DNA of 64,000 bases from Bifidobacterium breve (GTDB lineage Bacteria; Cyanobacteriota; Cyanobacteriia; PCC-6307; Cyanobiaceae). Each line of letters begins with the position of its first letter. Within the stretch, counting starts at the first letter, position 1. The notes under the pieces are model-generated. The model had not been told where the DNA came from. It did not search any database and saw only the letters and a list, made by a program, of their open reading frames with translations. Positions 30,775 to 39,862 of this stretch are shown here, in pieces. The stretch covers positions 5,132-69,131 of the forward strand of contig CALPNT020000001.1 of assembly GCA_943325005.2 (NCBI GenBank). The letters run 5' to 3'. The translations under genes and the position numbers were made by a program.

Positions 30775-31224
30775 ATGAGCTTTGATGCCCGTAGCCGGGA
30801 ACGGCTTGAGGAGCTTGGGCGCCAGCTACCCAAGCCCCTTCCCCTACCTGAACCCGCCAGGTCCCAGACCCGCTCCGATGCACCCCGCCATGCGGTGGAA
30901 CTCGAGCAGGATCCGGAGCAGCTGTTCCGGGAGCTGATGGCCGCCAGCGCCGACGGCAATGTGCCGCCGCACCTGCTGGAACGGCTGCGGGAGCTGGAGG
31001 CTTCGCGGCGGCTGGCCCGTGCTGATGGTTTGCCCAGCCGTGGCGCCCCTGGTGCTGCCAGCACCACCGCGAGCCGCAGCGCCGACCGCGCCCCTGGCCG
31101 GCAGCGCATCCCCCGTACCGGCAACAGCCGGCCTGGCAACGCTCCATCCCGGAATGCCGAGGAGGAGTCGCTGTACACCGCTTTCCAGCAGCTGTTGCTC
31201 GAAGACGACAACCTGGCGGATTGA
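30775..31224 (+). CDS. Conserved hypothetical protein
   Basis: RHAVELEQDPEQLFRELMAASADGNVPPHLLERL..LYTAFQQLLLE. Confidence 0.7.
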   Translation: MSFDARSRERLEELGRQLPKPLPLPEPARSQTRSDAPRHAVELEQDPEQLFRELMAASADGNVPPHLLERLRELEASRRLARADGLPSRGAPGAASTTASRSADRAPGRQRIPRTGNSRPGNAPSRNAEEESLYTAFQQLLLEDDNLAD

Positions 31225-31366
31225 GCCGCGAATCGGTGCCGCATTCGTGCTGGTCCGCTGGCTGCCCTGCACCGAGAGCTCTTCTTTCACAGGACGACGG
31301 CTGGGACACGCCTGTTCTGCCGTCAGGCCCTGCAGCGCTCTGGCCTGTCGCGCCTGGCCAGGCACA

Positions 31367-32287
31367 TCAGCCGTGCTCGGGTGGCTCCAGCTGAATCGTG
31401 CTGTGGGCGATGCCGAGTTCAGCCAGCTTCTGTTTGGCCTCGTGCAGCAAGGCCATGTCGTCGATGCTGCCGGGCCGGCGCTCGAGATGGGCCGTCATCG
31501 CGTTCTGAGAAGTGCTCATGCCCCACACATGCAGATGGTGCACCTCCAGCACCCCCTGCAGGCTGCGCAACATGGCCTCCACTTGTGCCAGATCGATGCC
31601 GGCGGGCACGGCATCGAGGGCCACAACAAGAGCCTCCCGCAGCAGCTGCCAGCCACTCCAGGCCACCGCCAGCCCCACGCCGATGGCGGTGGCAGCATCA
31701 AGCCAGTTCCAGCCGCTGAAGTGCACGAGCAGGGCACTCACCAGCACGGCGGCGGACACGGCCGCATCGGTGAGCAGGTGCACCACGGCGGCGCGGCGAT
31801 TGAGATCGTGGCTGTGATCGCTGCCGAACAGGCGGGCCGAGCCCAGATTCACGATGATCCCCACCGCGGCCGCCACCGCCACCGGCCCCCCCGCCACCGC
31901 CACCGGTTCCGCCAGCCGCTGCAGTCCCTCGACGATCACCACGGCGGCGGCCATCAAGATCAGCACCGCATTGATCAGCGAGGCCAGCTGGGTGCTGCGG
32001 CCGTAGCCGTAGGTGAAGCGCGCTGTGGGCGGCCGGGTGCTGAGCCGTTCGGCGCCCCAGCCGAACAGCAGACCGGCGACATCGCCGAGATTGTGGACCG
32101 CATCGCCGATCAGGGCCAGCGAACCGAAGGCCAGGCCAATCGCCAGTTGCAGTCCCGACAGAGCGCTGTTGAGGATGATGCTCCAGCGAAAGGCCGCCGC
32201 TGAGCCACTGCGGTGCTGATGCTGGCGCGGATGGGGCTGGCGCTGCAGCTGCACCGCCGGATGGACGTGCTCGTGTCGGGTACCCAT
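31367..32287 (-). CDS. Cation diffusion facilitator (CzcD/ZitB-like)
   Basis: His-rich N-terminus, SLALIGDAVHNLGD, HLLTD, VHHLHVW, HSTIQLE. Confidence 0.9.
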   Translation of the reverse strand: MGTRHEHVHPAVQLQRQPHPRQHQHRSGSAAAFRWSIILNSALSGLQLAIGLAFGSLALIGDAVHNLGDVAGLLFGWGAERLSTRPPTARFTYGYGRSTQLASLINAVLILMAAAVVIVEGLQRLAEPVAVAGGPVAVAAAVGIIVNLGSARLFGSDHSHDLNRRAAVVHLLTDAAVSAAVLVSALLVHFSGWNWLDAATAIGVGLAVAWSGWQLLREALVVALDAVPAGIDLAQVEAMLRSLQGVLEVHHLHVWGMSTSQNAMTAHLERRPGSIDDMALLHEAKQKLAELGIAHSTIQLEPPEHG

Positions 32288-32295
32288 GGGAGCGA

Positions 32296-32934
32296 TCAGG
32301 TGAGCGCCTGGCGCAGGGCCACCAGACCGAAGAGCAGGAACAGGCCGCCACTGAGGCGATAGAGCAGGCGCTCGCTGATCCGACCGCCGATCCACTTGCC
32401 GGCACCCACCGCCAGCCAGGTGACCAGGGCGTGACCGGCGAGGGTGCCGGCGAGCAGGGCGCCGAAGCCGAAGCCCGGCGCCGTGGCCAGGAAGATGGTG
32501 GTGAACTGGGTGCGATCACCCAGCTCGGCGATGAACACCAGGGCGAAGGCCTCCCAGATCACAGCCCAGGGTGTGGTGATCGTCTGGCGCTGCTCCGCCT
32601 CATTCACCGCCGCCTCCGCATCCTGGGCCTCGTCGGCGGCGGCGCTACTGCCCATGGCCTGGGCGTCGATCAACAACTTGAGGCCAAAGGCCAGGAACAG
32701 CACCGCCGCCAGCCAGGGCACCAGGGCGGCGGGCAGCAGTTCCCGCAGGCCGTAGCCCAGGGCCAGGGAGATCAGGGTGACGGCCGCCAGGGCGGCAAAA
32801 GCACCGATGAACACCCAGCGGGCCCGATGCCGGGCCGCCAGGATCAGCGCCATGAAGAAGGTCTTGTCGCCCAGCTCCGCCAGGGTGATGGCGGTGAAAC
32901 TGGACCCGAAGGCCGCCAGAGAAGATTGCGCCAC
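32296..32934 (-). CDS. TMEM165/GDT1 (UPF0016) Mn/Ca transporter
   Basis: Two signature motifs AELGDKT and AELGDRT. Confidence 0.92.
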   Translation of the reverse strand: MAQSSLAAFGSSFTAITLAELGDKTFFMALILAARHRARWVFIGAFAALAAVTLISLALGYGLRELLPAALVPWLAAVLFLAFGLKLLIDAQAMGSSAAADEAQDAEAAVNEAEQRQTITTPWAVIWEAFALVFIAELGDRTQFTTIFLATAPGFGFGALLAGTLAGHALVTWLAVGAGKWIGGRISERLLYRLSGGLFLLFGLVALRQALT

Positions 32935-33029
32935 GGCTCCAGACCTGAACTGCCCCAGCTTGCCCTGCCGATGGGGCCCTGGGCGCCACATCCGCAGCCT
33001 GCGACCACGGCGCACACAAGCCCAGTAAC

Positions 33030-33048
33030 AGTACGCTTGAACTACTGT
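33030..33048 (+). promoter_or_regulatory. LexA-type box abutting a -10 element upstream of umuD
   Basis: AGTAC-GCTT-GAACT (one mismatch to AGTAC-N4-GTACT) followed by TACTGT. Confidence 0.6.
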
Positions 33049-33074
33049 GGCGAGGCTGCCCGCCGCGCCTGGAC

Positions 33075-33518
33075 ATGTCCTTGGTCCCGCCCTTTGAGCC
33101 AGCTGCTGAGCCTGCTTCTGCGTCAGCCCGCGAGTTCTCGGCCGCCGGTTTGCCGCTCAGCGTCGATCATCCCGCCGGCCAGCAGGGACTCGACCTGGCC
33201 CGGTTGCTGATTCGCGATCCGGCTCACACCGTGCTGCTGCGTGTGGCCGGCGATTCGATGCAGGGCGCCGGCATCCAGCACGGTGATCTGTTGGTGGTGG
33301 ATCGTGCCCGCGAGGCCCGGGCCGGATCGATCGTGGTGGCGCGCTTCGGCGGCCAGTTCACGCTCAAGCGCCTCTGCCTGGGCGCTGGCCGCCAGTGGCT
33401 GGAGGCCGCCCACCGCGACTATCCGCCGATCCCTCTGGAGCCACCGGCAGCCGCTGGCGAACACGACAACGACGTGCAGCTCTGGGGCGTGGCCGTGCAT
33501 GTGATTCGCCGTCTCTGA
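33075..33518 (+). CDS. umuD: UmuD-like S24 peptidase
   Basis: RVAGDSM, GDLLVVDR, FTLKRL; directly upstream of umuC. Confidence 0.88.
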   Translation: MSLVPPFEPAAEPASASAREFSAAGLPLSVDHPAGQQGLDLARLLIRDPAHTVLLRVAGDSMQGAGIQHGDLLVVDRAREARAGSIVVARFGGQFTLKRLCLGAGRQWLEAAHRDYPPIPLEPPAAAGEHDNDVQLWGVAVHVIRRL

Positions 33519-33524
33519 GAACCC

Positions 33525-34817
33525 ATGCCCCGCGCCACTGTGCTGATTGACGGCAACAACTTCTATGCCTCCTGCGAGGCGGTGCTCGATCCAACCGTGA
33601 TCGGTCGGCCGCTGGTGGTGCTCTCCAACAACGACGGCTGCATTGTGTCCCGCAGCGCCGAGGCGCGGGCCCTGGGCATCCCCATGGGCAGCCCCTACTT
33701 CAAGCTGCGCCAGCAGCTGCAGCGGCACGGGGTGATCGTGCGCAGCTCCAACTACGGCCTCTACGCCGACATGAGCCAGCGGCTGATGGCCACCCTGGAG
33801 GTGTGGGTGGAGGAGCTGGAGATCTATTCAATTGATGAGGCCTTCGGTCTGCTGCACCGCCCGGCAGCCACCAACGGTCAGCCGGGCGATCTGCGGGACT
33901 GGGGGCAACGCCTGCGCCAGCGGGTGCGCCGCGATCTGGGCCTGCCGGTGGCCGTGGGCATCGCCCCCACCAAGGTGCTGGCCAAGCTGGCCAACCGCAT
34001 CGCCAAGCGCGATCCGCTCCAGGGTGGTGTGTTCGACCTCGGCGCGCTCGACGACCCCAGCCCCTGGTTGGAGGCGACCGCCGTGGAGGACGTGTGGGGC
34101 ATCGGCCGCCAGCTCTCGCGCTGGTGCCGCCTGCGGGGCATTGCCGATGCCCGCACCCTGCGCGATCTGCCGCCAGGGGAGTTGCGGCGTCGCTGTGGCG
34201 TAGTGGGGCTGCGGCTGCAGCAGGAGCTGCAGGGCCACCCCTGTCTGCCGCTGGTGAGCCTGCCGCCGGCGAAGCAGGAAACCTGTGTCAGCCGCAGCTT
34301 CAGCCAGCCGGTCACCAGTCGCCAGGAGTTGCGCCAGGCGATCGCCACCTACCTGAGCCGGGCCGCCGAAAAGCTGCGGCGCCAACGGCAGCGGGCCGGG
34401 GCGATCACCGTGTTCGTGCGCAGCAGCCCTTTCGATGGCAGCAGCTTTTACAGCAATGCCGCCACCGCAGTGCTGCTGTTGCCCAGCAACGACACCAGCG
34501 TGCTGCTGGCCGCTGCCCTGCCTCTGACAGACAGCTTGTATCGCCGCCATAAACCGCTGCAGAAAGCGGGGGTGTTGCTGCAGCAGCTGCAGCCGGACAG
34601 CCTGCTGCAATATCACCTGCTGGCGCCACTGGAGCCACAACAACAACGCCGCCGCGAGGCTCTGATGGCGACTGTGGATGGGCTCAACCGCCGCTATGGC
34701 CGCGGCACCGTGCAGTGGGCCGCCTGCGGTCTGCAGCCCGTCTGGACGATGCGGCGCTCGCGGCTGTCGCGGGCAGCCACCACCCGGATCAGCGATGTGC
34801 CGGTGGTGCGGGCTTAG
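33525..34817 (+). CDS. umuC: Y-family DNA polymerase V subunit
   Basis: IDGNNFYASCE, LSNNDGC, YSIDEAF, VWGIGR. Confidence 0.95.
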   Translation: MPRATVLIDGNNFYASCEAVLDPTVIGRPLVVLSNNDGCIVSRSAEARALGIPMGSPYFKLRQQLQRHGVIVRSSNYGLYADMSQRLMATLEVWVEELEIYSIDEAFGLLHRPAATNGQPGDLRDWGQRLRQRVRRDLGLPVAVGIAPTKVLAKLANRIAKRDPLQGGVFDLGALDDPSPWLEATAVEDVWGIGRQLSRWCRLRGIADARTLRDLPPGELRRRCGVVGLRLQQELQGHPCLPLVSLPPAKQETCVSRSFSQPVTSRQELRQAIATYLSRAAEKLRRQRQRAGAITVFVRSSPFDGSSFYSNAATAVLLLPSNDTSVLLAAALPLTDSLYRRHKPLQKAGVLLQQLQPDSLLQYHLLAPLEPQQQRRREALMATVDGLNRRYGRGTVQWAACGLQPVWTMRRSRLSRAATTRISDVPVVRA

Positions 34818-34935
34818 CGCCAGCCGCCGCACCCACAGCAGCTGGGCCGCCAGATTGGGGCAGTGGGAGCACAGCAGTTGGGTGAGCAGCAGCAACACCG
34901 CCCCCAGCCATGGAAACAGTGCCGTGGTGAATCCA

Positions 34936-34961
34936 AGCCCCCCCTCTTCGAGGGAGTTTTT
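34936..34961 (+). terminator. Possible terminator downstream of umuC
   Basis: CCCTC-TTC-GAGGG stem followed by AGTTTTTG. Confidence 0.4.
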
Positions 34962-35076
34962 GTGGTGGATGGAATTGGCCATCACTGGATCCGGCACCGG
35001 CCTGCCTGGCGCTGGCCGGGGCGCCGCGGGGACATGCATTCGCTTCATCGCGACGAAGGCCCCAAAACAACCGGGT

Positions 35077-35385
35077 TCAGCCCGGTTCCACCGCAGGGGC
35101 CTGGGCCACGGCCGCTTCGATCATGCTGGCGCTGACGCGGATTGTCTCCAGGGCATCCTCGTTGTCGAGAAAGGCGTCGAAACTGGCATAGCGCTCAATG
35201 CGGGGCTCGGCACCCGCTGCGGCACAGGCTGCGGCCCAGTCGCCATCGTCGGGGGCCACCAGGGCATAGCAGGCGAGAGCCTCCTGCAGATCGCCACCAT
35301 CACCGATCGCCTCACCGTGCCAGTGCACCTCGTAAAAATCCTCGGCCGGGGCGCTGTCCAGCCCCTGCTCAGCGTTCATGGCCAT
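35077..35385 (-). CDS. Acidic hypothetical protein
   Basis: 102-aa ORF, host-like codon usage, co-oriented downstream of the GGDEF gene. Confidence 0.65.
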   Translation of the reverse strand: MAMNAEQGLDSAPAEDFYEVHWHGEAIGDGGDLQEALACYALVAPDDGDWAAACAAAGAEPRIERYASFDAFLDNEDALETIRVSASMIEAAVAQAPAVEPG

Positions 35386-35454
35386 CGGCGATCCTTACCA
35401 GCGGTGTTCATCGCCATCGGTGGTCATGGCAGCCGCCATCATCGGCGACCATCG

Positions 35455-36453
35455 TCAACAACCATGCAGCAGGCTGGCAATCTGATTGCGGCCATTGCTC
35501 TTGGCCAGCTCCAAAGCCCGGGAGGCGCGCTGCATCAGGTCGGCGAAGCTGTGATCAGCGCTGCCCAGGCTGGTGAGGCCGCCACTGATGTGCAACTGAA
35601 AATCCGTGTGGCTGAACACCCCCGGCAGCGCCGGTACCGCCTGGCGCAGATGGTCGGCCAGGCCCATCGCCTGGTCATGATCCATCCCCACCAGCAGCAG
35701 GGCGAACTCGCCGTCGCCGAGGCGGGCGGCAAAATCGACTTCACGCAGATAGCTGCGGCTGAGATGCACCAGATCGACTAACAACTTGTCACCGGCCGGA
35801 TGGCCCCAGCGGCTGTTCACCTGGCGCAGATTGTCAATGTCAAAGCACAGCAACGACAGGGGCTGACCCTCCTGACGGGCCCGCTTGAACTCGCGATGAC
35901 CGATGGCCAGGAAGGTGTGGCGCAGCGGCAGACCCGTGATCGGGCAAAGCATGGCGATGCGCCGCAACTCGATCTCGCGCATCACCAGCTCCGACAACAG
36001 TTGCAACTGGTGGAGCTGCTCGTTGCTGGGCTGGCGCGGCTGCTGATCGATCACGCACAGGGTGCCGAGGTTGTGGCCATCGGGGCTGTGCAGCGGCGCA
36101 CCGGCATAGAAGCGGATGTGGGGTTCATGCATCACCAACGGATTGGTGCAGAAGCGTTCATCCGCACGGGCATCGGGCACCACCAGCACCTGGTCGTCGG
36201 CGATCGCATGGGCGCAGAAGGCCATCGTGCGCGGTGTTTCGGTGGCAGCGAGGCCCTTGCGGGTCAGAAACCACTGGCGATCCTTCTCCACCAGCGAAAT
36301 CAGCGACATCGGCACCTGGAAAATCGAGCTGGCCAGCTCAACGATGCGCTCGAAATGCTCGTCGCTGGCCATGCCGATCACGCCATGGCGCTCGAGGTCT
36401 CGCAGGCGCTGATCCTCATCGGCGGGAATCGGATAGGCCGGATAGGGGGCCAC
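35455..36453 (-). CDS. GAF + GGDEF-domain protein with GDGEF variant active site
   Basis: GAF (AFCAHAI, IRFYAGAPL, GTLCVID), FDIDNLRQVNSRWGHPAGD, ARLGDGEF, AKSNGRN. Confidence 0.9.
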   Translation of the reverse strand: MAPYPAYPIPADEDQRLRDLERHGVIGMASDEHFERIVELASSIFQVPMSLISLVEKDRQWFLTRKGLAATETPRTMAFCAHAIADDQVLVVPDARADERFCTNPLVMHEPHIRFYAGAPLHSPDGHNLGTLCVIDQQPRQPSNEQLHQLQLLSELVMREIELRRIAMLCPITGLPLRHTFLAIGHREFKRARQEGQPLSLLCFDIDNLRQVNSRWGHPAGDKLLVDLVHLSRSYLREVDFAARLGDGEFALLLVGMDHDQAMGLADHLRQAVPALPGVFSHTDFQLHISGGLTSLGSADHSFADLMQRASRALELAKSNGRNQIASLLHGC

Positions 36454-36522
36454 GGAGTTACTCCCTGCAGGGTTTCAGGTTAGGCGCGACCATGCCCTCA
36501 CAGCGGCCTCGGCGTGAAAAGC

Positions 36523-38655
36523 TCAAGCCGCTGCCGGAGTCAGAATCTCGTCATAACCGGCGCAGCGACGCTGATCAAGATCCTGCAGATAGCGGCGCTC
36601 GCTGTAATAAGCCTCCTGGAACCGCAACGCATCGGCGTTGAGTTCGCTGAACAGCGCCTCGATGCGCAGTTCCATCGACAGCGTTGGATCGCGGGAGGGC
36701 AGGGATGCGGCCAACGGCAACTCCGTCAAGGACAAGGCCGCTGAGGCCAGCAGCGGTTCGCCATCGGTGCCGAGCCGCTCCAGCTGCAGCAGCGTCGCCA
36801 GACAGTGCTCCAGGCTGCGCAGCCGCTGCGAACCCCAGGCATCGAGCAGATGGCGGCAGCGTTTTTCGGTGGCCAGCCTCGCCCGCACAGCGATTGCCCC
36901 GCGCAGCAGCAGCAGGGGCTGGGTCAGCGACAACCGCTGCACCTCGGTGGGCTGCAGCAGCGGGGTGAGCCGGGGCAGAAGCTCGTTGCCCTCGATCAGC
37001 AGCCGATCGAACAGCAGTCGTGGCAGATCGAGATCGGCCAGATCATGGCCCGGATCCAGGCCGCGACTGATCGCCTCCAGCCGACCGGCCCCGAGATTGT
37101 CTTCCTCCAGTTCGGAGATCGCCGCCCAGAGCCGGCGGTGGGGCTGCAGGGCGAAATCCTCCTGCTCCCATTGGCGCAATTGCTGGCGCATGGCAGCGCG
37201 ATCGCGGCCGCAATGGAGATAAAGGCGCAGCAGATCCGCCTCAGCCCGCTCCTGGACTGTGGCGGCTCCGGGCTGCTCCCAGCGGGTGGAGCGTCCGTGC
37301 CAGCGCTGGCCCTTCACCTGCTGGCGCAGGTCGTCCTCGAGGCTCTGGGCCAGGCGCGCCTGGCCGCCGGAGAGCCGTTCGGCAACCTGCTGCAGATAGC
37401 GACTGCGCACGGCGCTCTGCGGCAACTTGCCCAGCAGGGCCACCAGGGCCGAGACAGCCTGCTGGAACTGATCAGAGTGGGCCAGATCCCGGCCTTCCAA
37501 CACCTGGTCGATCTGCCAGTCGAGCCAGAGGGGAGAGCCATCGAGCAGGGCGCGATACTCCCCGGCCCCGTGCTGCTTGAGGAACTCATCAGGATCCTTG
37601 CCGGCGGGCAACTGCAGCACCCGCAGCTCCAGCTGACCCTGCAACGCCAGCTGCTCCACCTCGCCGATGGCTCGCTGGGCCGCGCGCACGCCGGCGCCAT
37701 CACTGTCGAAGTTGAGAATCAACCGTTTGCTGTCGCAGCAGCGGCACAACTGGGTGATCTGCTGGCTGCTCAGGGCCGTGCCCAGGGCTGCCACCGAATT
37801 GGTGATGCCAGCGGCATGGAGGGCGATCACATCGAAATAGCCCTCCACCACCACGGCCCGATCGTCCTTGCGGATGGCCTCGGCGGCCCGATCGAGTCCA
37901 AACAGGTGCTTGCCCTTTTCAAACACCTCCGTTTCCGGTGAGTTGAGGTATTTGGGTTCGGCGCCATCGAGGCTGCGGCCGCCGAAGCCGATCACCCGCC
38001 CCTGCCGATCCCGGATCGGCACCATCAGCCGATGACGAAAACGGTCGTAAAAGCCATCGCCGCCCTTGCGCGCCACCACCAGGCCGGCAGCCTCCAGCAA
38101 CTCCGGGCCCAGCCCCTCCACCAGCTGCAGATGGCGCAGCAGACCATCCCAGCGCTCCGGGGCATAGCCGAGCGCAAAGGCCTCGATGGTGGGTTCGGCC
38201 AGAGCGCGAGCTTCCAGCAGGTAGGTGAGGGCGCCGGCCCCTTCCGCCGAGCGCAGGCAGGTCTGGAACCAGCCGGCCGCCAGGGCCAGCACCCGGTGCA
38301 GCTGCTCCCGACGCGATAGCTGCTGACGCAGCCGCTCCTGCTGGGGACCATCGAGGGTTTCCACCGGCAGCTGATATTTGCGCGCCAGTTCCAGCACCAC
38401 GTCAGCGAAGCTGAGCCGCTGGTACTCCATCAGGAACTTGATGGCGTTGCCGCCGGCGCCACAGGAGAAGCAGTAATAAAACTGCTTGGCCGGTGACACC
38501 GTCATCGACGGCTTGCTGTCGTCGTGGAAGGGGCAAATGCCGACAAACTCACGCCCCTTTTTATTGAGCACCACGTGCTCCCCCACCACATCAACAATGT
38601 CGGCCCGTTCCTTGACGGCTTCGATCGTGCGGGGGTGGAGACGAGGAAGGGACAG
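36523..38655 (-). CDS. dnaG: DNA primase
   Basis: CPFHDDSKPS..CFSC zinc finger, YDRFRHRLM, KYLNSPET, VEGYFD, KDPDE; start uncertain (CTG at 38655 proposed). Confidence 0.96.
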   Translation of the reverse strand: MSLPRLHPRTIEAVKERADIVDVVGEHVVLNKKGREFVGICPFHDDSKPSMTVSPAKQFYYCFSCGAGGNAIKFLMEYQRLSFADVVLELARKYQLPVETLDGPQQERLRQQLSRREQLHRVLALAAGWFQTCLRSAEGAGALTYLLEARALAEPTIEAFALGYAPERWDGLLRHLQLVEGLGPELLEAAGLVVARKGGDGFYDRFRHRLMVPIRDRQGRVIGFGGRSLDGAEPKYLNSPETEVFEKGKHLFGLDRAAEAIRKDDRAVVVEGYFDVIALHAAGITNSVAALGTALSSQQITQLCRCCDSKRLILNFDSDGAGVRAAQRAIGEVEQLALQGQLELRVLQLPAGKDPDEFLKQHGAGEYRALLDGSPLWLDWQIDQVLEGRDLAHSDQFQQAVSALVALLGKLPQSAVRSRYLQQVAERLSGGQARLAQSLEDDLRQQVKGQRWHGRSTRWEQPGAATVQERAEADLLRLYLHCGRDRAAMRQQLRQWEQEDFALQPHRRLWAAISELEEDNLGAGRLEAISRGLDPGHDLADLDLPRLLFDRLLIEGNELLPRLTPLLQPTEVQRLSLTQPLLLLRGAIAVRARLATEKRCRHLLDAWGSQRLRSLEHCLATLLQLERLGTDGEPLLASAALSLTELPLAASLPSRDPTLSMELRIEALFSELNADALRFQEAYYSERRYLQDLDQRRCAGYDEILTPAAA

Positions 38656-38809
38656 GGGAGAACGGGTGCGCGGTGGACCACCACCCCTGGTGGGGGCGTT
38701 TCCACCATTGTGGACCATCCCACCACCGATGGGGCGTGGCCTGCCCAGGGGGCGTGGAGTGGGAGCGTTGTCGAGGCGACTGGAGGCTCCGCTGGCGCAG
38801 GCACAGGAG

Positions 38810-39721
38810 ATGGCGGAACCGATCGAGCCAGGGCCGGCAACGACCTTGGGGCCCGTGCTGGCGCTGCTGCTGGCGGCGCTCAGCTTCAGTTTGATGACCG
38901 TCTGCGTGAAGGGGGCCGGCCACCGGCTGCCGGTGGCGGAGGTGGTGCTGGCTCGCGCCCTTGTCAGCCTGGCCCTGAGCTGGTGGATGCTGCGCCGGTT
39001 GGCGATCAACCCCTGGGGACGGCGGCGGCGGTTGCTGGCGCTGCGCGGGCTGCTCGGCAGTGTGGCCCTGGCCTGTGTCTATGGAGCCGTGATGCGGCTG
39101 CCCCTGGCGACCGCCACGCTGCTGCAATACCTCTACCCCACCTTCACCGCCCTGCTCGCCTGGCTCAGCCTCGGGGAGCAGCTGAGCCGGCGCCTGCTGC
39201 TGGGTTGCGGCTGCGGCTGGCTCGGGGTGCTGGTGGTGGCCCAGGGCACCAATCCAGCCATGGCCGACCTGTCGCTGTGGCAGCTCCTGCCGCAGCCGCT
39301 GGCCTGGTCCGGTTCGCCGGCGCTGATCGGCCTCCTGCTGGGCTTGCTGGGGGCTCTGCTCACCGCCCTGGCCTATGTGAGCGTGCGGGAACTGGGCCGC
39401 AGCGAGCACCCGCTGGTGATCGTGTTCTGGTTTCCGCTGATGTCCCTGCCCCTCTCGCTCCCCTGGGTGCTGCACGATCCCGTTCGGCCCAGTGCGATCG
39501 AACTGCTGTGGTTGCTCGGGGTGGGGCTGTTCACCCAGCTCGGCCAGCTCGGCCTCACCCATGGCCTCACCCAGCTGCCGGCAGCCCGAGCCACGACCAT
39601 CGGCTATGTCCAGGTGGTGTTTGCAGCGTTCTGGGGCTGGCTGCTGTTCGGCGAGGCCATCGGCACCACAACGGGGCTCGGCGCCCTGCTGATCCTGGCT
39701 GCCGGCCTGTTGAGCCGCTGA
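38810..39721 (+). CDS. DMT/EamA family transporter
   Basis: About ten TMs, LRGLLG, ATLLQYLYPTFTALLA. Confidence 0.88.
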   Translation: MAEPIEPGPATTLGPVLALLLAALSFSLMTVCVKGAGHRLPVAEVVLARALVSLALSWWMLRRLAINPWGRRRRLLALRGLLGSVALACVYGAVMRLPLATATLLQYLYPTFTALLAWLSLGEQLSRRLLLGCGCGWLGVLVVAQGTNPAMADLSLWQLLPQPLAWSGSPALIGLLLGLLGALLTALAYVSVRELGRSEHPLVIVFWFPLMSLPLSLPWVLHDPVRPSAIELLWLLGVGLFTQLGQLGLTHGLTQLPAARATTIGYVQVVFAAFWGWLLFGEAIGTTTGLGALLILAAGLLSR

Positions 39722-39862
39722 TGGTGCCCGTCACCACAACGTGATCCAGGCAAAAAGCGCAGGGCGCCCCTGGACGCGCTCTGCGGCAGGCGCGGATCGG
39801 TGCCACGACGGATCGCAGGCTTAAGCTCATTGCTAAACAAATTCGTCAGATTCGATCTGCTG

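Noticed and set aside
33075..34817. umuDC as cargo of a mobile element
   Set aside because: No integrase, att sites or compositional shift; consistent with a chromosomal copy
34814..34936. Minus-strand 40-aa Cys-rich ORF (MDSPRHCFHGWGRCCCCSPNCC...) as a metallothionein
   Set aside because: TTG start, and the Cys codons come from CTG/TGC triplet runs; no supporting homology recognised. A tBLASTn hit would reopen it
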